A stretch of DNA of 64,000 bases, from the IMG/VR virus record IMGVR_UViG_3300005805_000047, positions 64,001 through 128,000 of that record. One strand, written 5' to 3'. Both the position numbers and the translations under genes were made by a program. Under the pieces are notes generated by a model, which saw nothing but the letters and a program-made list of their open reading frames with translations, did not search any database and had not been told where the DNA came from. This document shows, piece by piece, positions 1 to 10,560 of the stretch. Origin of the DNA: a virus. Position 1 is the stretch's first letter. Every line of letters starts with the position of its first letter.

Positions 1-2
1 AT

Positions 3-629
3 GGAAATTATGGTTACTTCACAGATGTCTCCTCGGTAAAGCCGGCTGCTACGACCCAAAACGAGAAGACAGAGGACTTTATAAAACGCGTTGGCGAGCA
101 TGCAAAGAATTCCAAACCACAACGTCTGGGTGCGCAGATAATGGGTGGCTTCGTAAATGAAGAAATAGCAGAAATTCGATACCCATGGTCAAAGGTGTCA
201 AAGTCGTCATCGGATGTGGATATTTCCGATGTGGTAAATAAGGAGCCAATATCTGACAGACTTCGCCGTCTCGGCTTCACTGATGCAGAAATTGAATATT
301 TTTACAAAGTGAATGGCGAAAGATCCTTGGATTACATATCGTCGGCGACAATGGCCAGCCTCAAGGATTACCGAAAGGCAATGGAGATCAAGAAGGACTA
401 CGAAGCACGAGGCATTCCGGCAGTATCCTTCGCTCACCCAAACGGAATTGATCCCCTTGATATTTCATCGTATTCGGCTGACCCTAGCCCATCGACGACG
501 ATTGAAAGTGCATTGGCGAGGGCAATCAATGAAGAAGTTGATGAACTCATAGAGAAAATGCTCAAACAAGTGCGCAAAACAAGGGGCAAACTCTGGGAAA
601 TGAGGCCGAAAGCCGGTACTAGGACATGA
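3..629 (+). CDS. 5'-truncated hypothetical protein (frame open from the window edge)
   Basis: Frame 3 has no stop from nt 3 through ORF 141..629; its stop overlaps the next ATG. Confidence 0.7.
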   Translation, partial: GNYGYFTDVSSVKPAATTQNEKTEDFIKRVGEHAKNSKPQRLGAQIMGGFVNEEIAEIRYPWSKVSKSSSDVDISDVVNKEPISDRLRRLGFTDAEIEYFYKVNGERSLDYISSATMASLKDYRKAMEIKKDYEARGIPAVSFAHPNGIDPLDISSYSADPSPSTTIESALARAINEEVDELIEKMLKQVRKTRGKLWEMRPKAGTRT

Positions 630-1012
630 TGGGCATACATGTAGCAAATTCGGGAAATAACAAGGTTTATTTCGTTGTTGACCCCAGAAACCAGAGGGAG
701 AGTGGCGCCATAATTTACCCGACTGGTCAATCTACGTACTTTAATTTCTGGGGGTGGGTGTCAGCCAATCCAGAGATACAGAAACTCGAACAAAATGAGT
801 TCCAAGAGTTACTTTGGGGTACCCCATTGCCGCAAGATGAGGAAATGTGGGAGGCGGTTTTCTTCTCCCGCACCATGCCACTCTCTGGGATAATTGACCA
901 GCGATTGCTGGAAGATGTTGGCGGGGTGCGAACACCAGCAAAACCAAATGGCAACAAACAAGACTTGGCAAATCAGATAATGAAAGCAGGGTCACAAAAT
1001 GAACAACAATGA
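626..1012 (+). CDS. hypothetical protein, head gene cluster
   Basis: 128-aa ORF translationally coupled to its neighbours. Confidence 0.7.
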   Translation: MMGIHVANSGNNKVYFVVDPRNQRESGAIIYPTGQSTYFNFWGWVSANPEIQKLEQNEFQELLWGTPLPQDEEMWEAVFFSRTMPLSGIIDQRLLEDVGGVRTPAKPNGNKQDLANQIMKAGSQNEQQ

Positions 1013-1664
1013 AATTAGATTCAAAGCGCCACAGGATGTTGTCCTAGATTTGCCACAAGAGCGCATAACTGGCGATATTTTGCGCGGCTATGGTCCACGA
1101 CGAGGCAACTTAGAGAATCTGCTTCGCTATTGGAGACCAATTATGAGAAAACCCGGCGGGTTCCGTCGTTGTCGAGTCATCTTGGCAAATCATCCAGAAT
1201 TGTACCCACTTGAGAGAATTTGTGCATGGCTTCATCACGAAACAACTGGTCTATGGCCAAACGAAGGTTGCCATCATCCGGGAATGAAAAATTGCAGAAA
1301 TAAACTCAAAAAACAAAATTGGAGTGATGCAGATTTCGCTAGACGCCTCTCTCGTGGCGGGAAACTTCCGGGAAACCTTGCGAGCAATATAGGCAAGTCC
1401 AAGCCACTTGGCAAAAGCCTGGAAGACATGGAAACATTTCTTACCAACTTTCATGCAACTGGCACAGACGAAGAGGTTGATGATCGTACTGCCTATAAGG
1501 AACTTGTAACATTTGTCAATGACAACGAAGAGTTTGCCGATTATTTGCGTGATTCGCAGAATTGGGAACATGAAGGCGAAGATGAAAATGGGCAAAAAGG
1601 CGTTGTTCCATTCAGATCCAAGTTTGACAATGATTGCTGTGGTGGTCTAGTTGAACGAAAGTAA
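999..1664 (+). CDS. putative head-associated protein
   Basis: LLRYW...GGFRRC...CAWLHHETTGLWP segment resembles a small domain of actinophage head proteins; lies upstream of the capsid gene. Confidence 0.5.
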   Translation: MNNNEIRFKAPQDVVLDLPQERITGDILRGYGPRRGNLENLLRYWRPIMRKPGGFRRCRVILANHPELYPLERICAWLHHETTGLWPNEGCHHPGMKNCRNKLKKQNWSDADFARRLSRGGKLPGNLASNIGKSKPLGKSLEDMETFLTNFHATGTDEEVDDRTAYKELVTFVNDNEEFADYLRDSQNWEHEGEDENGQKGVVPFRSKFDNDCCGGLVERK

Positions 1665-3624
1665 CTGCTGTCCACAAGTGGTGGCTAGGTTCTCTTTCGT
1701 TCAACCGAAAAAGAACCCCCAAAGCGTTCTGCATTTTTTTGAGAAGGGTAATCGCCGACTCATTGAATACAAGGCAGTGGCGATGCTTCATGGACATAGC
1801 CGACGGAGAGTAAAAAACTCATCCTCTGTTCAGGGTGTAATAAATTACAAGGGCGTGGGACACACGCTTCTTTCTCTTGCTGTTCCAGGTGACTCTGATC
1901 CATTTCGCTCTCCCGTCAGGTCGGCTTTTTATAGAGCCATAACACCCGGTGGTGGACGAAATCGCGGCGGTTCCCTCCCCGGCGAGAATCGTGGATACAG
2001 GTGTCCAGAGGGGTATGAATACGGTGGACGATTCACGGACAGCCGACTCTCAACATGTGGAATGAAGTTATTTGACATACCCGGACTTGGTAGGGCAATA
2101 GGAAATGCTCTTGCCTCCAGCTATGCAAATGCAAAACGAGGGGAAGGCAAACCGATTACTGGCGGTCCATACCCAGACGTCCAAGAAGGGCGACGTCCAA
2201 ACATACTTATCCCAAAGGTGGCGAAAAGAAACAGTCAATCAATGTTGCAGAACATTGATGCTCTCGTCAGGGAGATAGGTGGGTCAAATCAGAGAATGTC
2301 TCGCTTAGTGAGAAGGGATGGATTCGTTCTGGAACCACTCGTTCCACCAAGTGTGCTTCGTGTTATTCCGGATAATAGAAACATGGAAGGCGCATCCTAC
2401 TTAACCTCGGCCATGACTCGGAATGATTTTGGCAGAGAGGAAATGGGCATGCTCTCTAACAGTGGTGTTGAATCGTTGGTTTATGTAATGCCGGGTGGAT
2501 CAACAGTGAGACTCTCAAAGAACAGGGAACTTACAGTTGGTGAACGCAGGCGTTTTGGTCGCTTGATATCTTCTGCGGCATCAAAGAAAAATGACACCGA
2601 TCCACTTGCCCCAATTCGCTACGTAGTAGCAGAAGCTGGTGATTACCTTACATATGAAGAGAATTTTCCAGGAATACGAAACCCGCACCAACTAATAGGC
2701 AATGGAACCCGAGAACGCTGGGTAGATGAGGTGTTCGCTGGAAGTAGGGGAATGAAGAGGCGTCGAGTGCCGTCTGACGAAATGAGAGAAACAGAATCAT
2801 TTGGTCAAGTCAACTCACGCATAACAACGGTAGAGGGCGCCATCGCCCACATCGCCAACGGTGGGTCGCTTGGAGATTTGTCACCAAAGGTTTTGGCAAA
2901 ACTTCTCTCGGAACCAGATTACGCAAAGCGATTGGACGGAAACATAATTTCCATTGGTCCAAAGAAATATTCCCTGGAGAAGCAACGAGCAAAATACTCA
3001 GCCATTTCTGAAAGGCTCGCTGAGGACATGCAACAGTTCCTTGGTGTTGAATCACCAGATGTATTCCCAATAGGTACTGGTGACAGGAGAGGCTTCCTTC
3101 GTGAGCGACCAGAATCGGCAATTGTGGGTTCAAACATAAATAGAACAAAAACATGGGATGATATGCCCATGAGAGACATGGCTGGATTATTCGTATCTGA
3201 CATGATTACCGATGTTAGGGACAGAAAACCAGAAAGCATTGTTGCTGTTGATTTAGGCGATAGAACATTTGCAATGTCAATAGCAAACATTGGTGCTGGA
3301 CTCACAGATTTATCGGAAATTGAAATAGCCAAGCGAACAAAAATGTCTATTGAGGAAATGCTTCTTGGCAACGTTGGTTCAAGATATTCCGAGTATTACC
3401 AAAAACTCAAACAAGAGCAACAGGCCGCCATGCGCAGACTGATAGCAAATCTTTTGCAAAGGGCAAGAAAGTTCAATTTCAACCAATACAGAGATCGTCT
3501 TTCGGCAACCGGAGAACTTACCGAAGGTGAGAAGATACACATGGAAGTATTGGGAACAATTATTAAGCAACGAATCCGAGTTCTATCAAATTCTGGAGCA
3601 CTGAAAGAGGCATTGAGTGGCTGA
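1651..3624 (+). CDS. large putative virion protein with C-terminal degenerate HipA/PI3K-like kinase fold
   Basis: 657 aa; RCPEGYEYGGRFTD motif; C-terminal SERLAEDMQQFLGVESP and SDMITDVRDRK. Confidence 0.55.
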   Translation: MNESNCCPQVVARFSFVQPKKNPQSVLHFFEKGNRRLIEYKAVAMLHGHSRRRVKNSSSVQGVINYKGVGHTLLSLAVPGDSDPFRSPVRSAFYRAITPGGGRNRGGSLPGENRGYRCPEGYEYGGRFTDSRLSTCGMKLFDIPGLGRAIGNALASSYANAKRGEGKPITGGPYPDVQEGRRPNILIPKVAKRNSQSMLQNIDALVREIGGSNQRMSRLVRRDGFVLEPLVPPSVLRVIPDNRNMEGASYLTSAMTRNDFGREEMGMLSNSGVESLVYVMPGGSTVRLSKNRELTVGERRRFGRLISSAASKKNDTDPLAPIRYVVAEAGDYLTYEENFPGIRNPHQLIGNGTRERWVDEVFAGSRGMKRRRVPSDEMRETESFGQVNSRITTVEGAIAHIANGGSLGDLSPKVLAKLLSEPDYAKRLDGNIISIGPKKYSLEKQRAKYSAISERLAEDMQQFLGVESPDVFPIGTGDRRGFLRERPESAIVGSNINRTKTWDDMPMRDMAGLFVSDMITDVRDRKPESIVAVDLGDRTFAMSIANIGAGLTDLSEIEIAKRTKMSIEEMLLGNVGSRYSEYYQKLKQEQQAAMRRLIANLLQRARKFNFNQYRDRLSATGELTEGEKIHMEVLGTIIKQRIRVLSNSGALKEALSG

Positions 3625-4075
3625 CAAATACTCCGTCATTTATGACCCAGTAAACAAGGAACCATTTGCGATTATCTGCAATTCATCCGTTGCGACGACT
3701 GCTCACCCGGTTCAGAAAACTGCCGAAAGTTGGGCTATTCAATACAACGGTGGCACCAAGGAAATTCCGCACGGCATGACCTCCACTGATTTCGTGGAAA
3801 TGAATTGTGATTTCGTCAAGTCGTTCAAATCTGCATTTAGTAGACAAGATAGACTTCAGCGACGCGTGGAGATGATTACGGAGCCAAAACAAAAATTTGA
3901 CAGCAATGAAATTGTCTACGGAGTTGGGCCAACACAGGCAAGGCGACGCCCACTTGAAATGTCTCGAAAAGTAATGCCAGTTATCACACACATGCAACAA
4001 GAAGTGTTCAGGTCACGATTCATACATGAGGCTATAAGGACTGGAAAACGATGGCTACGAAAAAGAACAGCCTAA
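3617..4075 (+). CDS. hypothetical protein
   Basis: 152-aa ORF with GAGG upstream of a GTG start. Confidence 0.65.
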   Translation: MADKYSVIYDPVNKEPFAIICNSSVATTAHPVQKTAESWAIQYNGGTKEIPHGMTSTDFVEMNCDFVKSFKSAFSRQDRLQRRVEMITEPKQKFDSNEIVYGVGPTQARRRPLEMSRKVMPVITHMQQEVFRSRFIHEAIRTGKRWLRKRTA

Positions 4076-4650
4076 AAGACAAAGAGAGAAGGGCGTATGC
4101 CCTCCGCATGGCAATCCAGATGGGTTGCTCGGGCGCCCACAAAATGCCAGACGGATCATGGGCACCATGTGCATCAATGGAGGAACTTGAGAGGCTGTCC
4201 GATGCCGCCGAGAGTGGTGACTGGATGAGCAACAACACCCTTGCCGCCCTCAGGGCAAGGGATAGAAGGGCACGACGGCACAAGGTCAAGGATGCACTAG
4301 GACACCACCCCAACCGCATTGGGGGCAACAAAAAGCAATGGGGTTCCCTGTATTCAGTGGTTTCGGGCAAGGCTGCCGTTCCGATAGCGGCCCCCAGAGA
4401 TACCGACCCAGATGTCTTTGTGGATCCAGATTCTGCCCGCGTAAGGTCAAGACAATTGGGTTGTATTGGCATTTCTAGGCGGATTTCCAAGTCTGGAAGG
4501 ACGATTTGGATGCCCTGCACCAATATGTCCGACTATAACCGCCTATCCCGCAACACGTCCCTTGGTAGAAGGGGTTCAACGGCTGCCGAGAACAGACGGA
4601 TAAGACAAACCATTCAGGAAGAACTGCAAAAGATATCAAGAAAACGCTAG
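4051..4650 (+). CDS. protein with two GC..G...W.PC (DUF3721-like) repeats
   Basis: QMGCSGAHKMPDGSWAPC and QLGCIGISRR...WMPC. Confidence 0.6.
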   Translation: MATKKNSLKDKERRAYALRMAIQMGCSGAHKMPDGSWAPCASMEELERLSDAAESGDWMSNNTLAALRARDRRARRHKVKDALGHHPNRIGGNKKQWGSLYSVVSGKAAVPIAAPRDTDPDVFVDPDSARVRSRQLGCIGISRRISKSGRTIWMPCTNMSDYNRLSRNTSLGRRGSTAAENRRIRQTIQEELQKISRKR

Positions 4651-4757
4651 TTGCGCTGTAAGCCTTTGATTATCTAGTATCTTGGTGAAGTATCGGTTGG
4701 GTGCTATACCTAAACTGGAATTCCATTCATCCAATCACTATCACAGAGGAAACCAAG

Positions 4758-6143
4758 ATGTCAGAAGACACAGGCAAGCTTCGCGAGTTGCAGTCAGCAC
4801 TCAGAGCGAAGATGGCAGAAAACAAGCAAATTGCTGACTCTTTCAAGGTCGAAGATGGCACAATCATCGTTGACCAAAAGAGGAAATCAGCATTCGACAA
4901 GAACATGGTCGAGATCAAAGAGCTCAAGGGCTTGATCGACGGCATGGAAGCACTCAACGAAGTGCGCGAGTGGGGTCAGGAAGCAAGCAGCCATTCGGTT
5001 GCCGCTGCCGCCGCGGCAGGTCACTCAGTTCCAACACGTCAACTTCAGAGCATTGGTGAAATGTTCTTGGCGTCAGATGAGTTCAAGTCACTCAATGGTG
5101 GACGCAACGGCGCAAACATGCCTGCCCCTTGGCAGGTCAAGGCGTCGCTCACGACCCACAACTACAACGTCAAGGACGTGTTCTCAGCGATGCCGTCCGC
5201 AGGAAACCTGTCGGGCTTCCAGCGCGGTGGCGGCCTCGGCGATTTCGGTTCGGTTCAGCGTGACCCGATGGTGGCTTCGCCAATGCGCACAAAGCGTGTT
5301 CGCGACCTCTTCCCAGTTCGTCGCACGACTGCTCAGGTCATTGAGTACTTCCGTCAACTCGGATTCACATCAATCTCAAATGCCAACTACGATGCAACAC
5401 TCGGTTACTCGACCGACAATGCCGCAGCGGCAGTTGCTGAGCGTGATGGCTCGACTTTCGGTGCAAAGCCTCAGTCGGCATTTCAGTTCGTTGGTGAGCA
5501 GGCTCCAGTTCGCACACTTGCGCACTGGGAAGCAGCACACCGCAACGTGTTGGCAGATGAACCGCAGCTAAGGTCAATCATTGACAATGAGTTGCTCTAC
5601 GGTCTCCGTCTCCTTGAGGACAATCAAATCCTCAATGGCAACGGCACAGGTGAAAACCTTAAGGGCGTTCTGCAGACAACTGGTATTCAGACTTATGACT
5701 GGAGCGACGGTGCATCTACGCCGGTTCCGGACACCAAGGCTGATGCGATTCGTCGTGCCGCAACCCTCTCGTTCCTTGCATACTACGAGCCTTCGGGCAT
5801 CGTGATGCACCCGAACGACTGGGAAGACATCGAATTGACCAAGGATGCGAACGGCCAATACTTGGTCGCCGTATCAGTGGCAATGGGTGGCGAGCCACGC
5901 GTCTGGCGTATGCCGGTAGTTGAGACCCCAGCAATCGCAGAAGGCACCGCACTTGTCGGTGCGTTCGGTACGGGCGCTCAGCTGTACGACCGTGAAGATG
6001 CAAGCATCCGAATTTCGGAACAGCATGCAGACTTCTTCATCCGTAACGCAATCGTGATCTTGGCAGAACAGAGACTTGCTCTCGCTGTCAAGCGCCCAGA
6101 AGCGTTTGTGAAGGTCTCCTTCAACGCAGCACCTGAAGCCTGA
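4758..6143 (+). CDS. major capsid protein, HK97 fold
   Basis: N-terminal coiled-coil delta domain, VRTLAHW, QILNGNGTGENLKG, IVMHPNDW, FIRNAIVILAEQRLALAVKRPEAF; AGAGGA RBS before ATG 4758. Confidence 0.95.
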   Translation: MSEDTGKLRELQSALRAKMAENKQIADSFKVEDGTIIVDQKRKSAFDKNMVEIKELKGLIDGMEALNEVREWGQEASSHSVAAAAAAGHSVPTRQLQSIGEMFLASDEFKSLNGGRNGANMPAPWQVKASLTTHNYNVKDVFSAMPSAGNLSGFQRGGGLGDFGSVQRDPMVASPMRTKRVRDLFPVRRTTAQVIEYFRQLGFTSISNANYDATLGYSTDNAAAAVAERDGSTFGAKPQSAFQFVGEQAPVRTLAHWEAAHRNVLADEPQLRSIIDNELLYGLRLLEDNQILNGNGTGENLKGVLQTTGIQTYDWSDGASTPVPDTKADAIRRAATLSFLAYYEPSGIVMHPNDWEDIELTKDANGQYLVAVSVAMGGEPRVWRMPVVETPAIAEGTALVGAFGTGAQLYDREDASIRISEQHADFFIRNAIVILAEQRLALAVKRPEAFVKVSFNAAPEA

Positions 6144-6168
6144 TAAAGGCTGAAGCGCTCTAAGCTTC

Positions 6169-6218
6169 ACCCCCGTCCAAAGCCTGTAATTTGGGCCTAG
6201 GGCGGGGGTTTTGCTTTT
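6169..6218 (+). terminator. intrinsic terminator after the capsid gene
   Basis: CCCCCGTCC...GGGCGGGGG stem followed by TTTTGCTTTT. Confidence 0.75.
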
Positions 6219-6740
6219 ATGCCAAAACACCACAAACACCAACCCTTTACTCACTACGGCGAGTACGACCAAATAGAACATCTTGTAAGGGATGTGTTGC
6301 TTATCCCCGAAATAGAGTGGGAAAGATTCACGTATCGACAAAAGAATATTGTCGGACACACGCACACACGAACTATCCCATTGCTCTTTGACCCAGTGAG
6401 GCTGAGCAGACCCAAAACACACAAGCACTATGGTGCATTTGAGCACTATTTGACCGAGATTTCCTTGCAGTTGGATATGGTTGTAAAAAGAGCAAACCTG
6501 GTGAAACTGTTGGCTCAATCGGAAATCCTCCCCCATTACGACAAGGGGGATTTTCTCAAATCCACTAGACGCATTCATCTGCCGATAACGACCAACGAAC
6601 ATTGTACTTTTATGGTAGGCGGAGAGGAAAAACACCTTCAAGTTGGTCATCTCTGGGAAATAAACAATACGGGAATGGAACATAGTGTCCACAACCGCGG
6701 CGACACCCATCGCATACACCTCATCATTGATGTGAGATAA
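6219..6740 (+). CDS. aspartyl/asparaginyl beta-hydroxylase family 2OG-Fe(II) oxygenase
   Basis: ILPHYD, RIHLPI.TN, WEINN...HSVHN, RIHLIID. Confidence 0.85.
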   Translation: MPKHHKHQPFTHYGEYDQIEHLVRDVLLIPEIEWERFTYRQKNIVGHTHTRTIPLLFDPVRLSRPKTHKHYGAFEHYLTEISLQLDMVVKRANLVKLLAQSEILPHYDKGDFLKSTRRIHLPITTNEHCTFMVGGEEKHLQVGHLWEINNTGMEHSVHNRGDTHRIHLIIDVR

Positions 6741-6846
6741 TTTACCGTGTTCAGATTGTTGACCTATCGACTGAAAGCCTGGTTTTACGGGGTGTTGATT
6801 CGTTACTTTGAATTACGAACAACCCGTACACGAAAGGACGGCAAAC

Positions 6847-7260
6847 ATGAGTGAGAGGTTTTGGTACGGTGCGACCGTTCTTGGCGTTGTCGATGGCGAC
6901 ACCATTGATTTGATGATTGACTTAGGTTTTGATATTCACCACAAAATCCGAGTTCGCTTATACGGGGTGAATACTCCAGAATCACGGACCAAAGATGCGG
7001 CCGAGAAAGAATTGGGACTCAAAGCCAAGAAATTTACCAGTGACTGGTTGACCAATCACAAGTGGGTCTATCTAAACACCATTCCCGACAAGAACGACAA
7101 ATATGGCCGAATACTTGCGAAAATATACTCGTCAGACCAGATCAATGACCCCAAAACAGCCTGCCTAAATACGGACATAATCCAGGCTGGGTTGGCTAGA
7201 GAGTATTATGGTGTGGGCGACAAGACATGGATTGAATTCAAAACCAAGAAGGATCAGTGA
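6847..7260 (+). CDS. thermonuclease (SNase-like)
   Basis: VVDGDTI, VRLYGVNTPE, DKYGRILA motifs. Confidence 0.9.
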   Translation: MSERFWYGATVLGVVDGDTIDLMIDLGFDIHHKIRVRLYGVNTPESRTKDAAEKELGLKAKKFTSDWLTNHKWVYLNTIPDKNDKYGRILAKIYSSDQINDPKTACLNTDIIQAGLAREYYGVGDKTWIEFKTKKDQ

Positions 7261-7266
7261 TCACTA

Positions 7267-7512
7267 ATGAGAAAAATTAGCAAACCGCTCGGTTGGACCC
7301 CCAAAGAAACCCCTTCCACAAACAACGGGATTGTAAACAAGGAAGAGCCAGCCAAGAAGAAGCGCAAGACAAAAGAAGTTGAGCCAGAGCCAGTTGTCGA
7401 AACATCGGCCGAGGAAGTCGCAACAGAGCCGGTGGTAGAACCAGCCGCAGTTGTTGCACCAGAAGCAGATGTAGAGCAAGCACCAGAAGCGCCTGCCGAA
7501 CCTGCATCCTGA
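7267..7512 (+). CDS. low-complexity Glu/Pro/Ala-rich protein
   Basis: 81-aa ORF converging on nrdJ. Confidence 0.6.
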   Translation: MRKISKPLGWTPKETPSTNNGIVNKEEPAKKKRKTKEVEPEPVVETSAEEVATEPVVEPAAVVAPEADVEQAPEAPAEPAS

Positions 7513-9432
7513 TTATTTGATTGGGCAGGCCCCCGTCGCACAATCATCAAGATCCAACTCTCCCGGCATGGCCACGAGGGGAACGCTGAAGTCAATCTTT
7601 GAGACCAACTTTTCGTATGTCTCTTGAGTGATTTCCTCGTACGGTGGCAACGGGAAGTTGTGATCGCTGTGGAGCAAGAATGAAACAGACTTCACGCCGG
7701 TGTCGTAGTTCTTCTCCAACCAACCCTTGATGTCTGGAAGTTCTTCCTTGCGGTAATAGACCGTTACCGATACGGCATTGTCTGCCCACTCGGTTTGAAG
7801 GCGCTTGACCCATTCCAATTGCTGTATTGCTGTCATTTCGGCAGCAAGAACGGCATTGTCTGGTGATTTACATGGGAAGTCAACAACGTAGCGAGTGTGA
7901 TCCTCTCGCCCATCAATACCAATATCCCACTGAACCTTATGTCCACGCTTACGACATTGATCAACCAACGAATCCGCAGAGCCAAAACGAACGCGACGGA
8001 TATAGTAACGAGCAAATGCTGGGTGGATACCCGGCGTAACACCCGGAAGTAGTGAAAGCGTTCCGGATGGCTGAACAGTGGTCAGCCGAACCGATTCGGG
8101 AAGGTTATTGGCCTTAGAGAACTTTTCATCAAATTTTCTAATGTTCTCATATGCCTTTGCCAGCCATGAAACCTGCTCTTCGCTTGCCTGAAGGATGCCG
8201 GTCACATTCTGTCCGAGACGAGCATTCTTTCTGACAATTTCAGTTGTCTTGGAATAAGGGTATTCAAGTCTCGTGACTTGCTTTTGAACTTTATAAAGCA
8301 ACTCTGATATTTCACACAGTTGCTTCAAGGATGTCACATTTGGTAAGTAAATGGTGGCCAAGTTGCATGACTCTCCATCTGCTAAGCCGATTTCGGCACA
8401 AGGGTTGAAACCCTCAATTGTTGGATCTGGTCGCTTCTCGCCCAAGCGCCCATATGTGCGCGCCAACTTGCGGTTTACGAGCCCGTACGGCTCGCCTGAG
8501 CCGTCGTAACCCTTCCAGAGTTCTGGAAGTATTTCGTCGTACGAGTCGGCATAAATGCTGTTATTTGAGTTCGCACGGTAAGCAGGAACAGTGCCGGTTG
8601 ACCAATTCTTGGCACGAATGAACAATACATCGTCTGGGTCGCCAATAGCAATCTGTGCCGATCGACGCGATGAGCCAGATACGACGATGCGGCCGATGAT
8701 GTTACAGATATCCAACACATCAATTGAGCGAAGTTTCTTGCCCTCCCGATTCCTGAGCACATTGCCAATGTCCTCAATTCCGTCGATAAGTGCCTGTGGA
8801 CCAGAAGCAGTTCCCCCAAAAGTTTTGAGTGGGGCACCGTACTGACGAATAAGGATTGTTGAGTATGAGAAGGATTTTCCAGTCTCAAAGAATGACTTAA
8901 GGACACTGTGAAGAAGCCTTCTCCAGCCCGACCTGCTATCAGGAACAATGATGTCAGCATCATTTGTTCTCTCGTGGGTTATGACGACACCCGGCTTGAC
9001 CTTTGGAAGGTCATGGATTTTCGACCGTTCAACCGAGAACCCCACGCCGCCGCCAAGCATGAGATAGTCAAACAACATTTCAAAGTCTTCAATCTTCTCA
9101 ATGTTCGTGAAATAACAGTTATTCAAAGAGGTTGCATTGAACTTACGTACTAGGGGTGTGCCAAGTTGCCATAGCGCACGACCAGAAAGCGAACAACGCA
9201 GGTTGTACATGTGATCGAAAAGTTTCTCGGCATCATCTTCGGACAACTGAGAACCAATTTCCAGTGCACCGTTAATTGCTCGTTCGCATGTCTCAAGCCA
9301 TGTCTCGTTGCGACCAGCCTCTTCAACAAAGCGACTATAAGTGCGCAGATAGACAATTTCTCCGAGTCCACCAAATCCCCACGGCGGCGTAACTCCTTTG
9401 TATGATTCGACAAACGATTGCTTCAATGACAT
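7513..9432 (-). CDS. nrdJ: class II (adenosylcobalamin-dependent) ribonucleotide reductase
   Basis: YLRTYSR, SLNNC, GGGVG, RRSAQIA, NPCAEI, TTVQPSGT, C-terminal CATGACP. Confidence 0.93.
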   Translation of the reverse strand: MSLKQSFVESYKGVTPPWGFGGLGEIVYLRTYSRFVEEAGRNETWLETCERAINGALEIGSQLSEDDAEKLFDHMYNLRCSLSGRALWQLGTPLVRKFNATSLNNCYFTNIEKIEDFEMLFDYLMLGGGVGFSVERSKIHDLPKVKPGVVITHERTNDADIIVPDSRSGWRRLLHSVLKSFFETGKSFSYSTILIRQYGAPLKTFGGTASGPQALIDGIEDIGNVLRNREGKKLRSIDVLDICNIIGRIVVSGSSRRSAQIAIGDPDDVLFIRAKNWSTGTVPAYRANSNNSIYADSYDEILPELWKGYDGSGEPYGLVNRKLARTYGRLGEKRPDPTIEGFNPCAEIGLADGESCNLATIYLPNVTSLKQLCEISELLYKVQKQVTRLEYPYSKTTEIVRKNARLGQNVTGILQASEEQVSWLAKAYENIRKFDEKFSKANNLPESVRLTTVQPSGTLSLLPGVTPGIHPAFARYYIRRVRFGSADSLVDQCRKRGHKVQWDIGIDGREDHTRYVVDFPCKSPDNAVLAAEMTAIQQLEWVKRLQTEWADNAVSVTVYYRKEELPDIKGWLEKNYDTGVKSVSFLLHSDHNFPLPPYEEITQETYEKLVSKIDFSVPLVAMPGELDLDDCATGACPIK

Positions 9433-9507
9433 TGCGACCCCCTCGGGTTAGTAGTTGGTTTATGAGAATGTTTTTACGGCCCTCGGGGCTCTGGAGATGT
9501 TACTTGA

Positions 9508-9837
9508 CTATTTGGATAATCCAAGTTCGCGCGCTCGTGAAAGCGTCACGTAATCTCCCTTCCTGTGGATAAGTACCCTCGCCTTTGTGTAAGGCGTAAT
9601 TGGACGCTCTTCTGTTATGTCTTTTTCCACAAGTACCAATGGCTCCAGTCCATTTATCTGAGCTGGAAGCTTGTTTTCGGGTAACTCGCTTGAGTTGCCG
9701 GAGCAATCGCCAGTAGGGTGACCACACACAGGACACGGCTTCCTATCTGCCATTGAAATTTCAATATCTCCCAAGCGTCGCATATTGCGGGAATTGAATG
9801 ATTTGGAATCGTTATAGAACGGGTGACTAAAATCCAT
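9508..9837 (-). CDS. hypothetical protein with CPVCGH..GDC motif
   Basis: 109-aa ORF co-oriented with nrdJ. Confidence 0.6.
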   Translation of the reverse strand: MDFSHPFYNDSKSFNSRNMRRLGDIEISMADRKPCPVCGHPTGDCSGNSSELPENKLPAQINGLEPLVLVEKDITEERPITPYTKARVLIHRKGDYVTLSRARELGLSK

Positions 9838-9855
9838 AACCCATTTTACTACTTG

Positions 9856-10497
9856 TCACTCAGAGTTACCGCTGTAAAAATCATAAATTTGAAACCCTTC
9901 ATCGGCTATCTGTTGGGCAACATCGTCCCTAGTTGCATCATCATGCTCCATCGCAATCTTTTCAATAATTGACCTGACCAGCATGGCTGGGAAAATGCTT
10001 TCCCTGAATAACTTTGATGCCTCGTTTGGTGTGGCAATCATCTTGTGCCAAACAACCGTTTTCTTGTCGTATGAATAAGGCATCGCCACAACCGAAATTT
10101 GTGGCCTATCGCCATACATGAATGCATGGGAAAGCGTCACACACTCTGAGACCTTTTCGTTTTTAGTAAATGCCTCCCGAAGGCTTTTGCCACTCGTGGC
10201 TATGGGGTCATAGGACAAGAACCCTTCGGCAACCATGGTTATTTCATCAATACCCCAGTATTGCCTTAGTGCAGTACACAATCGATATGACTTATCAAAC
10301 CTTTCAAACAGATCCAAGTTCATAAGTTCGTAATCCATTTGTACGGTAATGGCTAAATCGTTGTGTTTCCAGCCAAAAAAGTGAAATGGGAGATCTTCCC
10401 CCACCCCCCTTTCCTTTACAACATCGGATTTGACCTGCCTATACGAGGTCGTCAAGAGGGCAAGTTTCTTGGCATCGTCCCCGTATTTGTCTTCCAC
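9856..10497 (-). CDS. hypothetical protein
   Basis: 213-aa ORF. Confidence 0.7.
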   Translation of the reverse strand: MEDKYGDDAKKLALLTTSYRQVKSDVVKERGVGEDLPFHFFGWKHNDLAITVQMDYELMNLDLFERFDKSYRLCTALRQYWGIDEITMVAEGFLSYDPIATSGKSLREAFTKNEKVSECVTLSHAFMYGDRPQISVVAMPYSYDKKTVVWHKMIATPNEASKLFRESIFPAMLVRSIIEKIAMEHDDATRDDVAQQIADEGFQIYDFYSGNSE

Positions 10498-10560
10498 GCA
10501 GAGAAACTAGCGCAAAAGGGGTTCCCGGCAGTGGACGAATAATGTGTAAACTTGACCAAC

